Position numbers and translations under genes: made by a program
The notes under the pieces: generated by a model
The model's database searches: none
What the model was told of the DNA's origin: nothing
What the model saw: only the letters and a program-made list of their open reading frames with translations
From: Chryseobacterium gleum
GTDB lineage: Bacteria; Bacteroidota; Bacteroidia; Flavobacteriales_D; UBA2798
NCBI GenBank assembly: GCA_945865695.1
Contig: CAMBFX010000001.1
Location: 3,660 to 67,659 of the forward strand
Length of the DNA stretch: 64,000 bases
Direction of reading: 5' to 3'
Shown here: piece by piece, positions 31,536-41,796 of the stretch
Layout of the letters: the number at the start of each line of letters is the position of its first letter
Position numbering within the stretch: the stretch's first letter is position 1

Positions 31536-32873
31536 TTAAAGTGCTTTAACTGCTTTTTTAAATTGTGCTCCTCTGTCCTCGAAATTTTCAAATAAATCAA
31601 AACTTGCACAGGCTGGAGATAATAAAACTACTTGATCTTTTTTCGCCAGGCGATAAGCTTGAGCTACTGCTTCTGTTGCACTAGAAACTTCGACAATTTC
31701 TCCTACCATTCCTGAAAAAGTCTTTTTCAATTTTTCATTGTCTTTTCCTAAGCAAATGATTGCCGTAACTTTTTGTTTAACCATTTCGAAAAGGGTTGAA
31801 TAATCATTTCCTTTATCTACTCCGCCAACAATCCATACGATTGGTTTTTCCATACTTTCTAATGCATACCATGTAGAATTTACATTGGTAGCTTTTGAAT
31901 CATTGATAAATTCAATGTCGTGAATTTTTGCAACGAATTCGAGACGATGTTCTACATTTTGGAAATCAGAAAGACTTTCTCTGATAACTTCTTTGCGAAT
32001 GTCGAGCAATCGGGCAGCGATGCCGGACGCCATTGAATTGTAAGCATTGTGCTTACCTTGGAGGGCTAAGTTGTGAATTGACATGGTTAGGGTTTGGTTT
32101 TTTATGGTGATGTTGATTGTTTCGTTTTTCATAAATGCACCTTCTTTCACTTCTTCTTTAATAGAAAAAGGAAATTTAGTTGCAGAAATATTTCTACTAA
32201 GGATTTCTTTCATGGTCACTTCATCATCGATGCAATAAATTAATGCGTCTGAAGAAATTTGGTTTTGTGTAATGCGAAATTTTGATGCCGCATAATTTTC
32301 TAATTTATATTCGTAGCGATCTAAATGATCTGGAGTAATATTGACAAGAATAGCAATGTCGGCTTTGAAATCATACATGTGATCTAATTGGAAACTGCTT
32401 AATTCTAAAACATAATGATCAAAATTATTTTCGGCTACTTGCAATGCAAAACTTTTTCCAACGTTGCCACCTAATCCAACATTGAATCCTGCATTTTTTA
32501 GAATATGATAAGTTAAAAGTGTTGTTGTTGTTTTTCCATTGCTTCCTGTAATACAAATCATTTTTGCCTTGGTAAAACGACCGGCAAATTCAATATCAGA
32601 AATCACGGGAATATTTTTATCGATTAATTTTTTTATTAGATCAACTGTTGATGGAATTCCTGGACTCTTGATCACTTCTTTTGCGTTTAGGATATTCTCT
32701 TCGTGATGCCCACCCTCTTCGAATGGAATATTCTTTTCGATTAAAGTATTTTTAAATTTCTCTTTAATCTTTCCACCGTCAGACACGAACACGTCATATC
32801 CTTTCAGTGAAGCTAAAATGGCTGCACCTACTCCGCTCTCTGCGGCACCTAATATGACAATTCTATCTTTCAA
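31536..32873 (-). CDS. murD: UDP-N-acetylmuramoylalanine--D-glutamate ligase
   Basis: Rossmann N-terminus ILGAAESGVGAA, P-loop GSNGKTTT, and a full-length C-domain. Confidence 0.95.
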   Translation of the reverse strand: MKDRIVILGAAESGVGAAILASLKGYDVFVSDGGKIKEKFKNTLIEKNIPFEEGGHHEENILNAKEVIKSPGIPSTVDLIKKLIDKNIPVISDIEFAGRFTKAKMICITGSNGKTTTTLLTYHILKNAGFNVGLGGNVGKSFALQVAENNFDHYVLELSSFQLDHMYDFKADIAILVNITPDHLDRYEYKLENYAASKFRITQNQISSDALIYCIDDEVTMKEILSRNISATKFPFSIKEEVKEGAFMKNETINITIKNQTLTMSIHNLALQGKHNAYNSMASGIAARLLDIRKEVIRESLSDFQNVEHRLEFVAKIHDIEFINDSKATNVNSTWYALESMEKPIVWIVGGVDKGNDYSTLFEMVKQKVTAIICLGKDNEKLKKTFSGMVGEIVEVSSATEAVAQAYRLAKKDQVVLLSPACASFDLFENFEDRGAQFKKAVKAL

Positions 32874-32876
32874 TTT

Positions 32877-34121
32877 CTATCTCAATTTCAATGTTACAAT
32901 AGACAAAATGGCGAGCATCACAGCAACAATCCAAAAACGCGCAACGATTTTAGATTCATGCATTCCTTTTTTCTGATAATGATGATGTAAGGGAGACATG
33001 AGAAAAATTCTTCTTCCTTCTCCGAATTTTTTCTTCGTGTATTTAAAATAACTCACTTGCATAATCACTGATAAATTCTCAATAAGAAAAACTCCACAAA
33101 AAATTGGAATTAATAATTCCTTACGAATCGCAATAGAGAAAACTGCAATGATTCCGCCTAATGCTAAACTTCCTGTATCACCCATGAAAACTTGTGCGGG
33201 ATAAGAATTATACCATAAGAAACCAATACATGCACCAATGAACGCACTGATGAAAACAACAAGCTCACCCGATTCAGGGATATACATCACATTGAGATAA
33301 TCGGCAAAAACCAAATTACCCGAGATGTATGCAAAAACGGCTAAGGCAACCCCAATAATTGCTGAAGTTCCAGTGGCGAGACCATCGAGACCATCGGTAA
33401 TGTTGGCTCCGTTGGAAACAGCAGTAATAATTAAAATAACAATTGGAATAAAAATAATCCATGCCCAACTCGCATTTTCCTCTCCTAAAATCCAGGAATA
33501 ATTGAATTCATTATTTTTTATAAATGGAATAGTTGTTTTTAAAGAAGTAGTTTCATCCCAATAATATTTTCCATCATCACAAATTGCCGACTCATCTGTT
33601 TCGACTAATTTTTCATAGTTCATCTCTGGGTTAATCGGAACTTTCTCTTTAATTTTTACATCTTCATGAAAATATAAAACTGAGCCTACAATAATTCCTA
33701 ACCCGATTTGTCCAATCACTTTGAATTTTCCTGCTAATCCTTTTTTATTTTTCTTAAATACTTTTATGTAATCATCAATAAAACCAATTGCTCCTAACCA
33801 AATGGTAGAAATAATCATTAGGATGATATAAATATTTTGAAGCTTTGCGAATAATAAAGTGGGAATTAAAATAGCCGCGAGAATAATGAGTCCTCCCATT
33901 GTAGGAGTTCCTTGCTTTTGAATTTGTCCGTCTAATCCTAAATCACGAACCGTTTCTCCTACTTGTTTATACCGTAAATAATCAATTAATCTTTTTCCAA
34001 AAAGCATAGAAATGATTAATGAAACAATCACCGCCATTGCTGCACGGAAAGAAATATATTGGAAAACTCCCGCTCCGGGAAAATTCACACTGTCTAAATA
34101 GTCAAAAAGATAATACAACAT
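32877..34121 (-). CDS. mraY: Phospho-N-acetylmuramoyl-pentapeptide transferase
   Basis: [22 protein letters not shown], and the HHHYQ motif region. Confidence 0.95.
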   Translation of the reverse strand: MLYYLFDYLDSVNFPGAGVFQYISFRAAMAVIVSLIISMLFGKRLIDYLRYKQVGETVRDLGLDGQIQKQGTPTMGGLIILAAILIPTLLFAKLQNIYIILMIISTIWLGAIGFIDDYIKVFKKNKKGLAGKFKVIGQIGLGIIVGSVLYFHEDVKIKEKVPINPEMNYEKLVETDESAICDDGKYYWDETTSLKTTIPFIKNNEFNYSWILGEENASWAWIIFIPIVILIITAVSNGANITDGLDGLATGTSAIIGVALAVFAYISGNLVFADYLNVMYIPESGELVVFISAFIGACIGFLWYNSYPAQVFMGDTGSLALGGIIAVFSIAIRKELLIPIFCGVFLIENLSVIMQVSYFKYTKKKFGEGRRIFLMSPLHHHYQKKGMHESKIVARFWIVAVMLAILSIVTLKLR

Positions 34122-35584
34122 TATTTATCGTTATTTTTTAATGATTGTTCTATTTCTTCCATATCATCGAAAGGAAATTTCTCTCCTTTTATTTCTTGGT
34201 ATTTTTCATGACCTTTTCCTGCAATCAAAATAATATCACCGGGGCGAGCCATCATACATGCTACTTTAATTGCTTCTTTGCGATTTACCAATGACATTAC
34301 TTTACGAATCGTATTTCCTTCTACTCCCTTTTGCATTTCAGTAATTATTTTTTCAGGATCTTCACTTCTTGGATTATCGGAAGTAAGAATAACTTTATCG
34401 CTTTTTTCGCACGCAATTCCTGCCATCAACGGTCGCTTGGCTTTATCTCTATCTCCACCGCAACCCACCACTGTAATCACTTGCTCGTTGCCCGTTCTGA
34501 TATCTTGAATAGTTGATAAAACATTCTTCAATGCATCAGGGGTGTGCGCATAATCTACAATGGCAATAATTCCTGTTGCTGATTTTATATATTGAAATCT
34601 TCCTTCTACAGAACCTAAACTACTTATTGCAGTAAGCACATTCAAATCTTCTTGTCCTAATAAAATAGCCGTTGCATAAGCTGCCATGATATTATAAGCA
34701 TTGAATCCACCAATGAGTTTTGTCCAAATTTCTTTTCCGTCTATATTTAATTGCAAACCTGTAAATTGATTTTCTATCACTTTACATTTGAAATCCGACA
34801 TGGCTTTAATTCCGTAGGTATGAATTTTTGCTTTTGTAGAAGTAATCATTTCATCACTGTGGTAATCGTCTTTATTTAATAATGCAAAAGCATCTGAATC
34901 CAATGCATCAAAAAATCCTTTTTTCGCTTTGAGATATTCATCAAACGTTATATGATAATCTAAATGATCGTGAGAAATATTGGTAAAAACAGCTCCAGTG
35001 AATTTTATTCCCGAAATTCTTTTTTGATGAACTGCATGAGAACTTACTTCCATAAAACAGTAGGTACAACCTTTATCCACCGCATCTCTCAAGAGCGAAT
35101 TTAATTTTACCGGATCAGGAGTAGTATGAGTTGAAGGAATTTCATCGTTATGAATTTTATTTACAACGGTAGAAAATAAGGCTGTTTTAAAACCCAATTT
35201 TTTGAAAAGATGATATAATAAAGTAACAGTGGTAGTTTTTCCATTGGTGCCAGTTACTCCCACTAATTTTATTTCTTCAGAAGGATTATCGTAAAAATTA
35301 GAAGCGATTATTCCGAGTGCAGCTGCAGAATCGTTTACTGCGATATAAGAAACTTTGGGATTTTTAACGGTAGGCATTTCTTCGCAGATAATAGCAACAC
35401 CTCCTTGTAAAATGGCTTTATCTATAAAAGCATGTCCATCTGTTTGCGTTCCCTTTACAGCCACGAATAAGGATAGATTGCGCACTGCACGAGAATCGGC
35501 AGTGATACTTTCTATAGCGATATTCGTAGAACCATCTACTTCAACGATGCGCACACCATATAATATGTCTTTTAATAATTTCAT
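34121..35584 (-). CDS. murE: UDP-N-acetylmuramoyl-tripeptide synthetase MurE
   Basis: [20 protein letters not shown] and the DNPRSEDP motif. Confidence 0.95.
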   Translation of the reverse strand: MKLLKDILYGVRIVEVDGSTNIAIESITADSRAVRNLSLFVAVKGTQTDGHAFIDKAILQGGVAIICEEMPTVKNPKVSYIAVNDSAAALGIIASNFYDNPSEEIKLVGVTGTNGKTTTVTLLYHLFKKLGFKTALFSTVVNKIHNDEIPSTHTTPDPVKLNSLLRDAVDKGCTYCFMEVSSHAVHQKRISGIKFTGAVFTNISHDHLDYHITFDEYLKAKKGFFDALDSDAFALLNKDDYHSDEMITSTKAKIHTYGIKAMSDFKCKVIENQFTGLQLNIDGKEIWTKLIGGFNAYNIMAAYATAILLGQEDLNVLTAISSLGSVEGRFQYIKSATGIIAIVDYAHTPDALKNVLSTIQDIRTGNEQVITVVGCGGDRDKAKRPLMAGIACEKSDKVILTSDNPRSEDPEKIITEMQKGVEGNTIRKVMSLVNRKEAIKVACMMARPGDIILIAGKGHEKYQEIKGEKFPFDDMEEIEQSLKNNDK

Positions 35585-37704
35585 CCTTTTAATTCGATGG
35601 TTATTTTTTGTCCGCTTTGTATTTCACTTCCTGCATTCAATGATTGCTTAATTACTTTTCCACTTCCTCGGACCACTACTTTCAATCCTTTATTTTCTAA
35701 AACATAAAGTGCATCTTTTAATCCCATTCCTTTTACATCAGGTATTTTTCCACCCACAATTTTCTTTTCTGAAAGCAAAACTTTTCCATCTTTACTCTGA
35801 CTTGATGCCCATTCATATCCATAATTGAAAGTGGCATTTCTCACTCCTAAATCGCCAAGCACAAGTAGAATTTCATTAGCGTTTCCATTTTTTACATTAG
35901 GAACCGATTTTTCTGCCATCAATTTTTTCTCATTTATTTTTTCATGAATCTGTAAATTGTAGGAAAAAATTTTATCGGCTATTTCTTTAAATACAGAACC
36001 TGAAACCGCATTTCCATAATAACCCTCGCGTACATCTGGTTCCATAATAGAAACGATACAAGAATATTTAGGATTATCTGCAGGGAAATAACCAACGAAT
36101 GATGCGAGGTATTTTTTTCCTTGGTAAGTTCCTCCAGTATAAATTTGTGCTGTACCCGTTTTTCCTGCAATCTTAAAATTGGCTGCTTTCAAATTTGAAG
36201 CAGTTCCATATTCTACTACATCTTCGAGTGCTGATTGAATTAATTTTAATGTGCTAGCTTTACAAATAGAATGATTCAACACAACTGGTTCGAATTTCTG
36301 AAGAACATTTCCCTTACGTTTTATTTCTTTTACGAAAAGAGGTTTTACCATTTTTCCATTATTGGCAATGGCATTATAAAAAGCAAGAATTTGCAACGGT
36401 GTCATTTTTACCTCATATCCTATAGACATTTGTGGCAATGAAACTCCTGACCAATCATCTCCTGTTGGATCTTTCACCAATGGTTTTGCTTCACCTTGAA
36501 GATCTACACCCAACGGCAAATGCAATCCAATTTTTTTAATTCCTGCTACAAATTTTTCAGCTTGACTTTTGTAAGCATTAAAAAGTGGACGCGATACTCC
36601 TATATTAGAAGAAAAAACTAAGGCATCATGAACAGAAATTGTTCCATGTGCTTTAGAGTCTGTCATGGTTAAATCATAATATTTAAGTTTTCCAGTGCCT
36701 GTTTTTACACTGTCGGACATCTTAACCATTCCTTGATCTAATGCTACCATTAATGAAGCTGTTTTCATTGTAGAACCTGGTTCGGTTGCAACACCTAAAG
36801 CATTATTGAAATATTCATAATAAGCACTATCACTTTCTCTAGAAAGATTGGCAATGGCTTTTACATAACCCGTTTCTACCTCCATTAAAACTACACATCC
36901 ACTTGTGGCATTGTATTTTTTTAATTGATTGAGCAATGCATTTTCTGCGACATTTTGTAAGCGTATATCAATAGTAGAAAACACATCTGCTCCATCTTCG
37001 GGAGTAACATCATATTTATCCGAAACTGCTTTCCATCTTCCTCCTGTTTTGCGCATCAATTGTTTTCCGTCAACGCCATTCAATAAAGAAGAAAATGCAC
37101 CTTCAATTCCAACACGAGTGATGAATTGAGGATGATCGGGATCTTGACGTTCGTATCCAATGGTACGTGCTGCTAAAATTCCAAACGGACGGATACGTTT
37201 ACTGATTGGATCTACAATCATTCCGCCAACGTTAGAACCATTTCTATAAAGAGGGAAAGATTTTAATTCCTTTAATTGGTTATAACTAACTTTTCTTGCG
37301 ATTAATAAATAACGATTCCCTTTTTCACCTTTATTACGTTCATTAATTAACCATTCTTTATATTCATCTTTTGTTTTGCCGCGAAACATTTTGGATAATC
37401 GAAGAGAAAGTGAATCAATATTTTCATTAAATAACTCATCAGTTAACCCATCTGCTCCTAAATCCATATGAATATCGTAAACGGTATTAGAAGTAGCCAA
37501 CAAACTTCCATTATCAGAATATACATTTCCTTTTTTCGAAGGAATGGTTCTCATTTCTGTTTTTAGTTGTGCTGCTTGTTCTTCCCATTCTTTAATATCT
37601 GTCATTTGAATCTTAACTACACGAATTAAAACCAATAGACAAATGATTCCCAAAATGAAATACACTGTATAAACTCTCCACGCTATGTCTTTTTTATCTT
37701 CCAA
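35581..37704 (-). CDS. ftsI: Class B penicillin-binding protein FtsI/PBP3 with a C-terminal PASTA domain
   Basis: N-terminal TM helix. SxxK (GSTMK), SSN and KTGT motifs. C-terminal IPDVKGMGLKDALYVLENKGLKV...GQKITIEL is PASTA-like. Confidence 0.9.
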   Translation of the reverse strand: MEDKKDIAWRVYTVYFILGIICLLVLIRVVKIQMTDIKEWEEQAAQLKTEMRTIPSKKGNVYSDNGSLLATSNTVYDIHMDLGADGLTDELFNENIDSLSLRLSKMFRGKTKDEYKEWLINERNKGEKGNRYLLIARKVSYNQLKELKSFPLYRNGSNVGGMIVDPISKRIRPFGILAARTIGYERQDPDHPQFITRVGIEGAFSSLLNGVDGKQLMRKTGGRWKAVSDKYDVTPEDGADVFSTIDIRLQNVAENALLNQLKKYNATSGCVVLMEVETGYVKAIANLSRESDSAYYEYFNNALGVATEPGSTMKTASLMVALDQGMVKMSDSVKTGTGKLKYYDLTMTDSKAHGTISVHDALVFSSNIGVSRPLFNAYKSQAEKFVAGIKKIGLHLPLGVDLQGEAKPLVKDPTGDDWSGVSLPQMSIGYEVKMTPLQILAFYNAIANNGKMVKPLFVKEIKRKGNVLQKFEPVVLNHSICKASTLKLIQSALEDVVEYGTASNLKAANFKIAGKTGTAQIYTGGTYQGKKYLASFVGYFPADNPKYSCIVSIMEPDVREGYYGNAVSGSVFKEIADKIFSYNLQIHEKINEKKLMAEKSVPNVKNGNANEILLVLGDLGVRNATFNYGYEWASSQSKDGKVLLSEKKIVGGKIPDVKGMGLKDALYVLENKGLKVVVRGSGKVIKQSLNAGSEIQSGQKITIELKG

Positions 37705-37705
37705 T

Positions 37706-38110
37706 TCAATATAAATTATTCAATGTTTCATTTGGCACAGCTATAATATTAGGCGCTTCATCTCTTGCTTCTACTAAACCAATTTTTGCCGTTGAATCTG
37801 CCACTTGTGATTGTCCACTCACCACATTGTATTCAGTTTTTACTGCTATTTCCTCTGTACGTAAATCCAGATTCTCTTCTTCTAATGCGTTTATCAATCT
37901 TGTATTTTTATCAATATTGTATCCCATTCCTATATACACCAACATCAAAGCCGTGATGAAAACGATGAAAGGAAGATTTTGAATCACATAATCTTTCGTC
38001 AATACATTTCCATTCAATACATCCATAAAAGAGCGAGCTACCTTATTGGGTTTTCTCACTTTCTTGGTTTTAACCTTCTCTTCTTTTTTCTCTTTAAACT
38101 TGTTACTCAT
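37706..38110 (-). CDS. FtsL-like small membrane protein
   Basis: Basic N-terminus, one TM helix and a short coiled segment. Occupies the ftsL slot between rsmH and ftsI. Called by position only. Confidence 0.55.
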   Translation of the reverse strand: MSNKFKEKKEEKVKTKKVRKPNKVARSFMDVLNGNVLTKDYVIQNLPFIVFITALMLVYIGMGYNIDKNTRLINALEEENLDLRTEEIAVKTEYNVVSGQSQVADSTAKIGLVEARDEAPNIIAVPNETLNNLY

Positions 38111-39021
38111 TTCTTTTCTGCTATTCTCAATTTTGCACTTCTTGCTCTTGGATTTTGTTCTATTTCTTCTGCTGTGGGCACCATTGGTTTTTTTGTAATC
38201 AATTCGAAAGGTGTGATCGGGTTTCCATAAAAATCTTTTTCTACTTCACCTTCCATTTTTCCTGTTCGCATAAAATTTTTCACCAAACGGTCTTCCAGAG
38301 AGTGATAAGAAATCACCACAAGTCGTCCGCCGGGTTGTAAAAAATCTAAAGATTGTTTTAGGAAATCTTCGAGTACATCCAATTCACCGTTCACTTCAAT
38401 TCGAATCGCTTGGAAAACTTGTGCGAGAAATTGTTTTTCGTTTTTCTTCGGAATCATTTTCGAAAGTGCATCTACTAAATCGCGAGTGGTATTGATACTC
38501 GCAACTGTTCTTGCCTTCACAATCATTTTCGCCACATTGGTTCCGTGTTGAAGTTCACCGTAGGTTTTGAAAATGTATTTTAATTTTTCTTCAGAGTAAT
38601 CATTAATCACATCGATGGCTGAGAGTTCTTGATTTTTATTCATTCTCATATCGAGAAAAGCGTCATTGCGAATAGAAAATCCGCGAGAAGCATCATCGAA
38701 CTGATGAGAAGAAACACCCAAGTCCGCGAGAATTCCGTTTACTTGATTCGCACCGTAAAATCTTAGATAATTACTGAGGTAGCAGAAGTTTTGCGGAACA
38801 AAAACAAAATTCTCATTGGAGGGAACATTGTTTTTCGCATCGGGATCTTGATCAAAACCAAAAAGTTTACCAGTGGTAAGTTGTTTTAGAATTTCACGAG
38901 AATGACCGCCTCCGCCAAAGGTGACGTCTACATAATTTCCGGTGGGTTGAATTTCCAGGCCGTTGACAGCAGCATGTAAAAGAACAGGTGTGTGATAGGC
39001 ACTACTCGACATGGTCCTCAT
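38107..39021 (-). CDS. rsmH: 16S rRNA (cytosine1402-N4)-methyltransferase
   Basis: YHTPVLL, DVTFGGGGHS and the SYHSLEDR motif. The true start may be the Met 3 codons in. Confidence 0.95.
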   Translation of the reverse strand: MRTMSSSAYHTPVLLHAAVNGLEIQPTGNYVDVTFGGGGHSREILKQLTTGKLFGFDQDPDAKNNVPSNENFVFVPQNFCYLSNYLRFYGANQVNGILADLGVSSHQFDDASRGFSIRNDAFLDMRMNKNQELSAIDVINDYSEEKLKYIFKTYGELQHGTNVAKMIVKARTVASINTTRDLVDALSKMIPKKNEKQFLAQVFQAIRIEVNGELDVLEDFLKQSLDFLQPGGRLVVISYHSLEDRLVKNFMRTGKMEGEVEKDFYGNPITPFELITKKPMVPTAEEIEQNPRARSAKLRIAEKK

Positions 39022-39469
39022 CCAGATTGCCTAGTAATTCTTCGGCAAGCGTGGAGAAGTCAGCCATTCCATCCTTCATTTCCTGTTCGTACTTTTTCTT
39101 ATCCCAAAGTTCGATTCGATCGAATGCGCCAACTACCATGAGGTCTTTGGAGATTCCAGCGAAGCCGGATAAGTTTTGCGGCAGAAGTAATCTGCCACTG
39201 GAGTCGAGGGTAACGGGAATTGCGCCATTTCTAAACTGCCTTAAGAGTCTACGACCCTTTTCGGTAAAGCCATTCACCCTTTTGGTGACCTTAGCCATCA
39301 GTTTCTCCCACTCCTTCACTGGATACAAATTGAGTTGCTTCTCGAACCCTCGATTAACCACAAAGGTTTCGTGATCAGTCGGGTCGAGCTGTTTCTTGAT
39401 TCCTGCAGGAAGCATAAATCTTCCTTTCTCGTCAAGCCTGCATTCAAATTCTCCAATAAAGTTTGCCAT
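39002..39469 (-). CDS. mraZ: Transcriptional regulator MraZ
   Basis: Tandem SpoVT/AbrB-like halves (GEFECRLDEKGRFMLPAGIKKQL and PVTLDSSGRLLLPQNL). The ATG at 39467-39469 is preferred over the GTG one codon upstream. Confidence 0.9.
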   Translation of the reverse strand: MANFIGEFECRLDEKGRFMLPAGIKKQLDPTDHETFVVNRGFEKQLNLYPVKEWEKLMAKVTKRVNGFTEKGRRLLRQFRNGAIPVTLDSSGRLLLPQNLSGFAGISKDLMVVGAFDRIELWDKKKYEQEMKDGMADFSTLAEELLGNLDEDHVE

Positions 39470-39499
39470 CACATTAAGGCGTAAAAATATTCATTATTT

Positions 39500-39524
39500 C
39501 CCACAATTTACCACTCTCTCCCAC
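39500..39524 (-). promoter_or_regulatory. Three GTGG(G/T) direct repeats at exact 10-bp phasing; putative MraZ operator
   Basis: Minus strand reads cattGTGGGagagaGTGGTaaattGTGGGaaa. Boxes are at 39524-39520, 39514-39510 and 39504-39500. They lie between the candidate -7 box and the mraZ ATG. Confidence 0.55.
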
Positions 39525-39556
39525 AATGTTCATAAGTTTTAACGTCAAGTACTTGG

Positions 39557-39586
39557 CAAAGTTACATTAATATTCAAATAATCCAA
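39557..39586 (-). promoter_or_regulatory. Candidate dcw (mraZ) promoter
   Basis: Minus-strand TTG (39584-39586), a 19-nt spacer, then TAACTTTG (39557-39564). Confidence 0.5.
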
Positions 39587-39607
39587 CAGTATCAGGGCTT
39601 TTAGAAA

Positions 39608-39622
39608 GTGGGAGAAGGTGGG
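39608..39622 (+). promoter_or_regulatory. Two further GTGGG boxes at 10-bp phasing, opposite orientation
   Basis: gaaaGTGGGagaagGTGGGaaaag on the plus strand, upstream of the mraZ -33 element and of the divergent hydrolase gene. Confidence 0.4.
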
Positions 39623-39697
39623 AAAAGTTTGAAAGCCAGTCCACAAAAGCCTGTTGAAAGCCTACAGACGAATAGTGGATTTCTGCTTTGAAATCGC

Positions 39698-39705
39698 TAT
39701 TTTTG
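39698..39705 (+). promoter_or_regulatory. Candidate -7 box for the hydrolase gene
   Basis: TATTTTTG, 22 nt before the ATG at 39728. The miaB and PASTA-gene boxes show the same spacing. No clear -33 element. Confidence 0.4.
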
Positions 39706-39727
39706 GGAATCATAAAAGACAAAGTGC

Positions 39728-40483
39728 ATGACAGAATTAAAGCAACAAGGAGAGTTTAGTTACCTCGAAAAAGGCAATGGAAAACCATTGATTTTACTTC
39801 ATGGTTTATTTGGAGGGTTGAGCAATTTTGAAGAAATTTTAAATCAATTTTCTGTTCGCTACAGAGTATTAGTTCCGAGTTTACCGATTTATACGATGCC
39901 GGTGCTTACCACAGGCGTTGGTTCATTGGCAAAATTCGTTCTTGCATTCATGAAAGAAATGAAAATTGAGAAAGCCACTTTATTGGGAAATTCATTGGGC
40001 GGACATGTGGGTTTAGTTTTTTCGAAGAACAATCCACAAATGGTGGAGCGATTAATTTTAACTGGAAGTTCGGGTTTGTATGAAAACGCATTTGGAGGAA
40101 GTACACCGAGACGTGGCGATAGAGAATATTTGAAAGATAAAATAAAATTTACTTTCTACGACCAGAATATGGTCACCGATGATTTGGTAGATGAGATATT
40201 AGGAGTTACTTCTGATCGCACTAAATTAATTCGCATTTTAGCAATGGCAAAATCGGCTATTCGTCATAATATGGCCGAAGATTTACCTGCTTTTCAAATG
40301 AAAACTTGTTTGATCTGGGGACGAAATGATAATATCACTCCACCTGAAGTGGCGGAAGAATTTCATCGACTGATTAAAAATTCTGAATTATTTTGGATTG
40401 ATAAATGTGGGCATGCACCAATGATGGAACATGCGAAAGAGTTTAATCGGATTTTGGATGAGTGGTTGTTGAAGACGGATTGA
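39728..40483 (+). CDS. Alpha/beta-fold hydrolase
   Basis: HG oxyanion motif (ILLHGLFG), nucleophile elbow GNSLGG, and a C-terminal His (KCGHAPM). Confidence 0.8.
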   Translation: MTELKQQGEFSYLEKGNGKPLILLHGLFGGLSNFEEILNQFSVRYRVLVPSLPIYTMPVLTTGVGSLAKFVLAFMKEMKIEKATLLGNSLGGHVGLVFSKNNPQMVERLILTGSSGLYENAFGGSTPRRGDREYLKDKIKFTFYDQNMVTDDLVDEILGVTSDRTKLIRILAMAKSAIRHNMAEDLPAFQMKTCLIWGRNDNITPPEVAEEFHRLIKNSELFWIDKCGHAPMMEHAKEFNRILDEWLLKTD

Positions 40484-40530
40484 GGGAAAAGTTCAAAGTT
40501 TAATGTTCAAAGTTTAAAGAAGAAAAATAC

Positions 40531-40560
40531 AAAAGCGTGAATGAGAGTTTACGCTTTTTT
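40531..40560 (+). terminator. Possible intrinsic terminator after the hydrolase gene
   Basis: AAAAGCGT with a 12-nt loop and ACGCTTTTTT. The GC core of the stem is short. Confidence 0.4.
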
Positions 40561-40685
40561 AATAGAATGAAATCTATTTTTCTAAAATGAAATACGATAA
40601 TTAATTTAAAATAAAAAAATATTTTCAAATAATCTTTTATGCTCTATCAATTAATTTAGCTTTCTCCTGCAGCTGTATTCACTAA

Positions 40686-41054
40686 TATGAAAACACCGTA
40701 AAAAAGAAATTTAAAAAAACTGATTTAGTTTTCAATGTCACAGTAATTCAAATTGATACCGTTCATATAAATTCTTCGGAATTAAATTTTGAACAAGATG
40801 AAATTGGGTATACTTTCAAAAAAACCGATAAATTCCAAGGAAAAAAAACAATCAGAATAAGAAGCGGAATTACCAATGCAGATGATTGTAAATATGTATT
40901 TAAAATAAATGAATCGTATGTGGTTTATGCCAACCACCCATTGAAAGAAGATTTTAAAAAGGATAAATCTATTTTAGAAACTACGGAATGTACAAATACC
41001 GGAGAAGCAACAGAGAAGAAAATTTTAGAGGTGAAGGGTTTGGTGAGGGTGTAG
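40686..41054 (+). pseudogene. Start-less 122-codon open frame: 5'-degraded remnant of a small Cys-containing (TIMP/NTR-like?) protein
   Basis: Own translation: YENTVKKKFKKTDLVFNVTVIQIDTVHINSSELNFEQDEIGYTFKK...ITNADDCKYVFKINESYVVYANHP...LETTECTNTGEATEKKILEVKGLVRV*. There is no in-frame ATG, GTG or TTG before codon 79. An ATG at 40687 sits in the +1 frame and hits a stop after 4 codons. One extra A in the A4 run at 40690-40693 would join them. Confidence 0.4.
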
Positions 41055-41066
41055 TTGTAATTGTCT

Positions 41067-41423
41067 TTAATACTCCCTAATCAAAACTTCCACCGGAATA
41101 TTCAAGTAATCATGTAGTTTACGAATCATATTGAGATTTAGCTTTCGATTGTTGTTGAAAATATCAGTTACACGGCTTTTATATCCTAATACGGTTGCTA
41201 AATCTTTATTGGTAATTCCTTTTTGCTCCATTCGGTATTTGATTGCTTCAATAGGAGAAGGAGTATCAAAAACGAAATGTTCATCCTCATAATCTTTTAT
41301 CAAAAGGGATAAAACATCGGCTTCATCACTTTCTTTCGAGCCTGATTTAGCTTGAAAAACTTCCTCGAATCTTTCTAGAGCTTCGTGGTAATCTTTTTTG
41401 GTTTTTAATTTTTTGAAATGCAT
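41067..41423 (-). CDS. higA: HigA-family antitoxin (XRE-type HTH)
   Basis: N-terminal helical region plus C-terminal HTH GITNKDLATVLGYKSRVTDIFNNNRKLNLNMIRKL. Lies downstream of higB. Confidence 0.8.
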   Translation of the reverse strand: MHFKKLKTKKDYHEALERFEEVFQAKSGSKESDEADVLSLLIKDYEDEHFVFDTPSPIEAIKYRMEQKGITNKDLATVLGYKSRVTDIFNNNRKLNLNMIRKLHDYLNIPVEVLIREY

Positions 41424-41440
41424 ATCTCTTTATTTAAATC

Positions 41441-41758
41441 TCATTTGTTCTTTTTCATAAACATATTCACTTTCTCTGCATCTACTCTATCATATTCAGC
41501 ATGCGTTCCTATGAATTTCACAAACGCCCAACCTTTTTGATAATTGAACTCCACAATCAATCTAAAATCATTACCCTTGATATTGAAAACAATTCTATTA
41601 TTTCCAATGATACTGGCAGATGCATAATCTTTTTTTACATCAGCTGGTCTCTTCCAATCTTTAGACAAAACATCGGCATACCAAAACTCCAAAGGACGCT
41701 TTGACTGTGAATGTTTGATCCAAAAATCTCTTAATGATCCTTTGTTGTGGATGTTCAT
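41441..41758 (-). CDS. higB: HigB-family type II toxin (mRNA interferase)
   Basis: LRDFWIKH...FWYADVLSKDWKRPADVKKDY...IVFNIKGNDFRLIVEFNYQKGWAFVKFIGTHAEYD is the characteristic HigB_toxin family pattern. Toxin-first gene order. Confidence 0.85.
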   Translation of the reverse strand: MNIHNKGSLRDFWIKHSQSKRPLEFWYADVLSKDWKRPADVKKDYASASIIGNNRIVFNIKGNDFRLIVEFNYQKGWAFVKFIGTHAEYDRVDAEKVNMFMKKNK

Positions 41759-41763
41759 TCCTG

Positions 41764-41796
41764 CAAATATACGAAAAAGTAACCAAATTGGTTACT
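41764..41796 (-). promoter_or_regulatory. higBA -7 box plus a palindromic operator
   Basis: Minus-strand TATATTTG at 41764-41771, 5 nt from the ATG. AGTAACCAA-A-TTGGTTACT at 41778-41796 has perfect 9-bp arms. Confidence 0.5.

Noticed and set aside
31529-31609. N-terminal 27 codons of the 195-aa ORF-track entry overlapping the murD 3' end
   Set aside because: This segment has no similarity to MurD and overlaps murD by 74 nt. The Met at 31528 gives a clean 7-nt intergenic gap, so the gene was trimmed.
38988-39374. 128-aa plus-strand ORF over mraZ/rsmH
   Set aside because: It is antisense to two conserved genes, the sequence is Ser/Leu-rich, and it has no start context.
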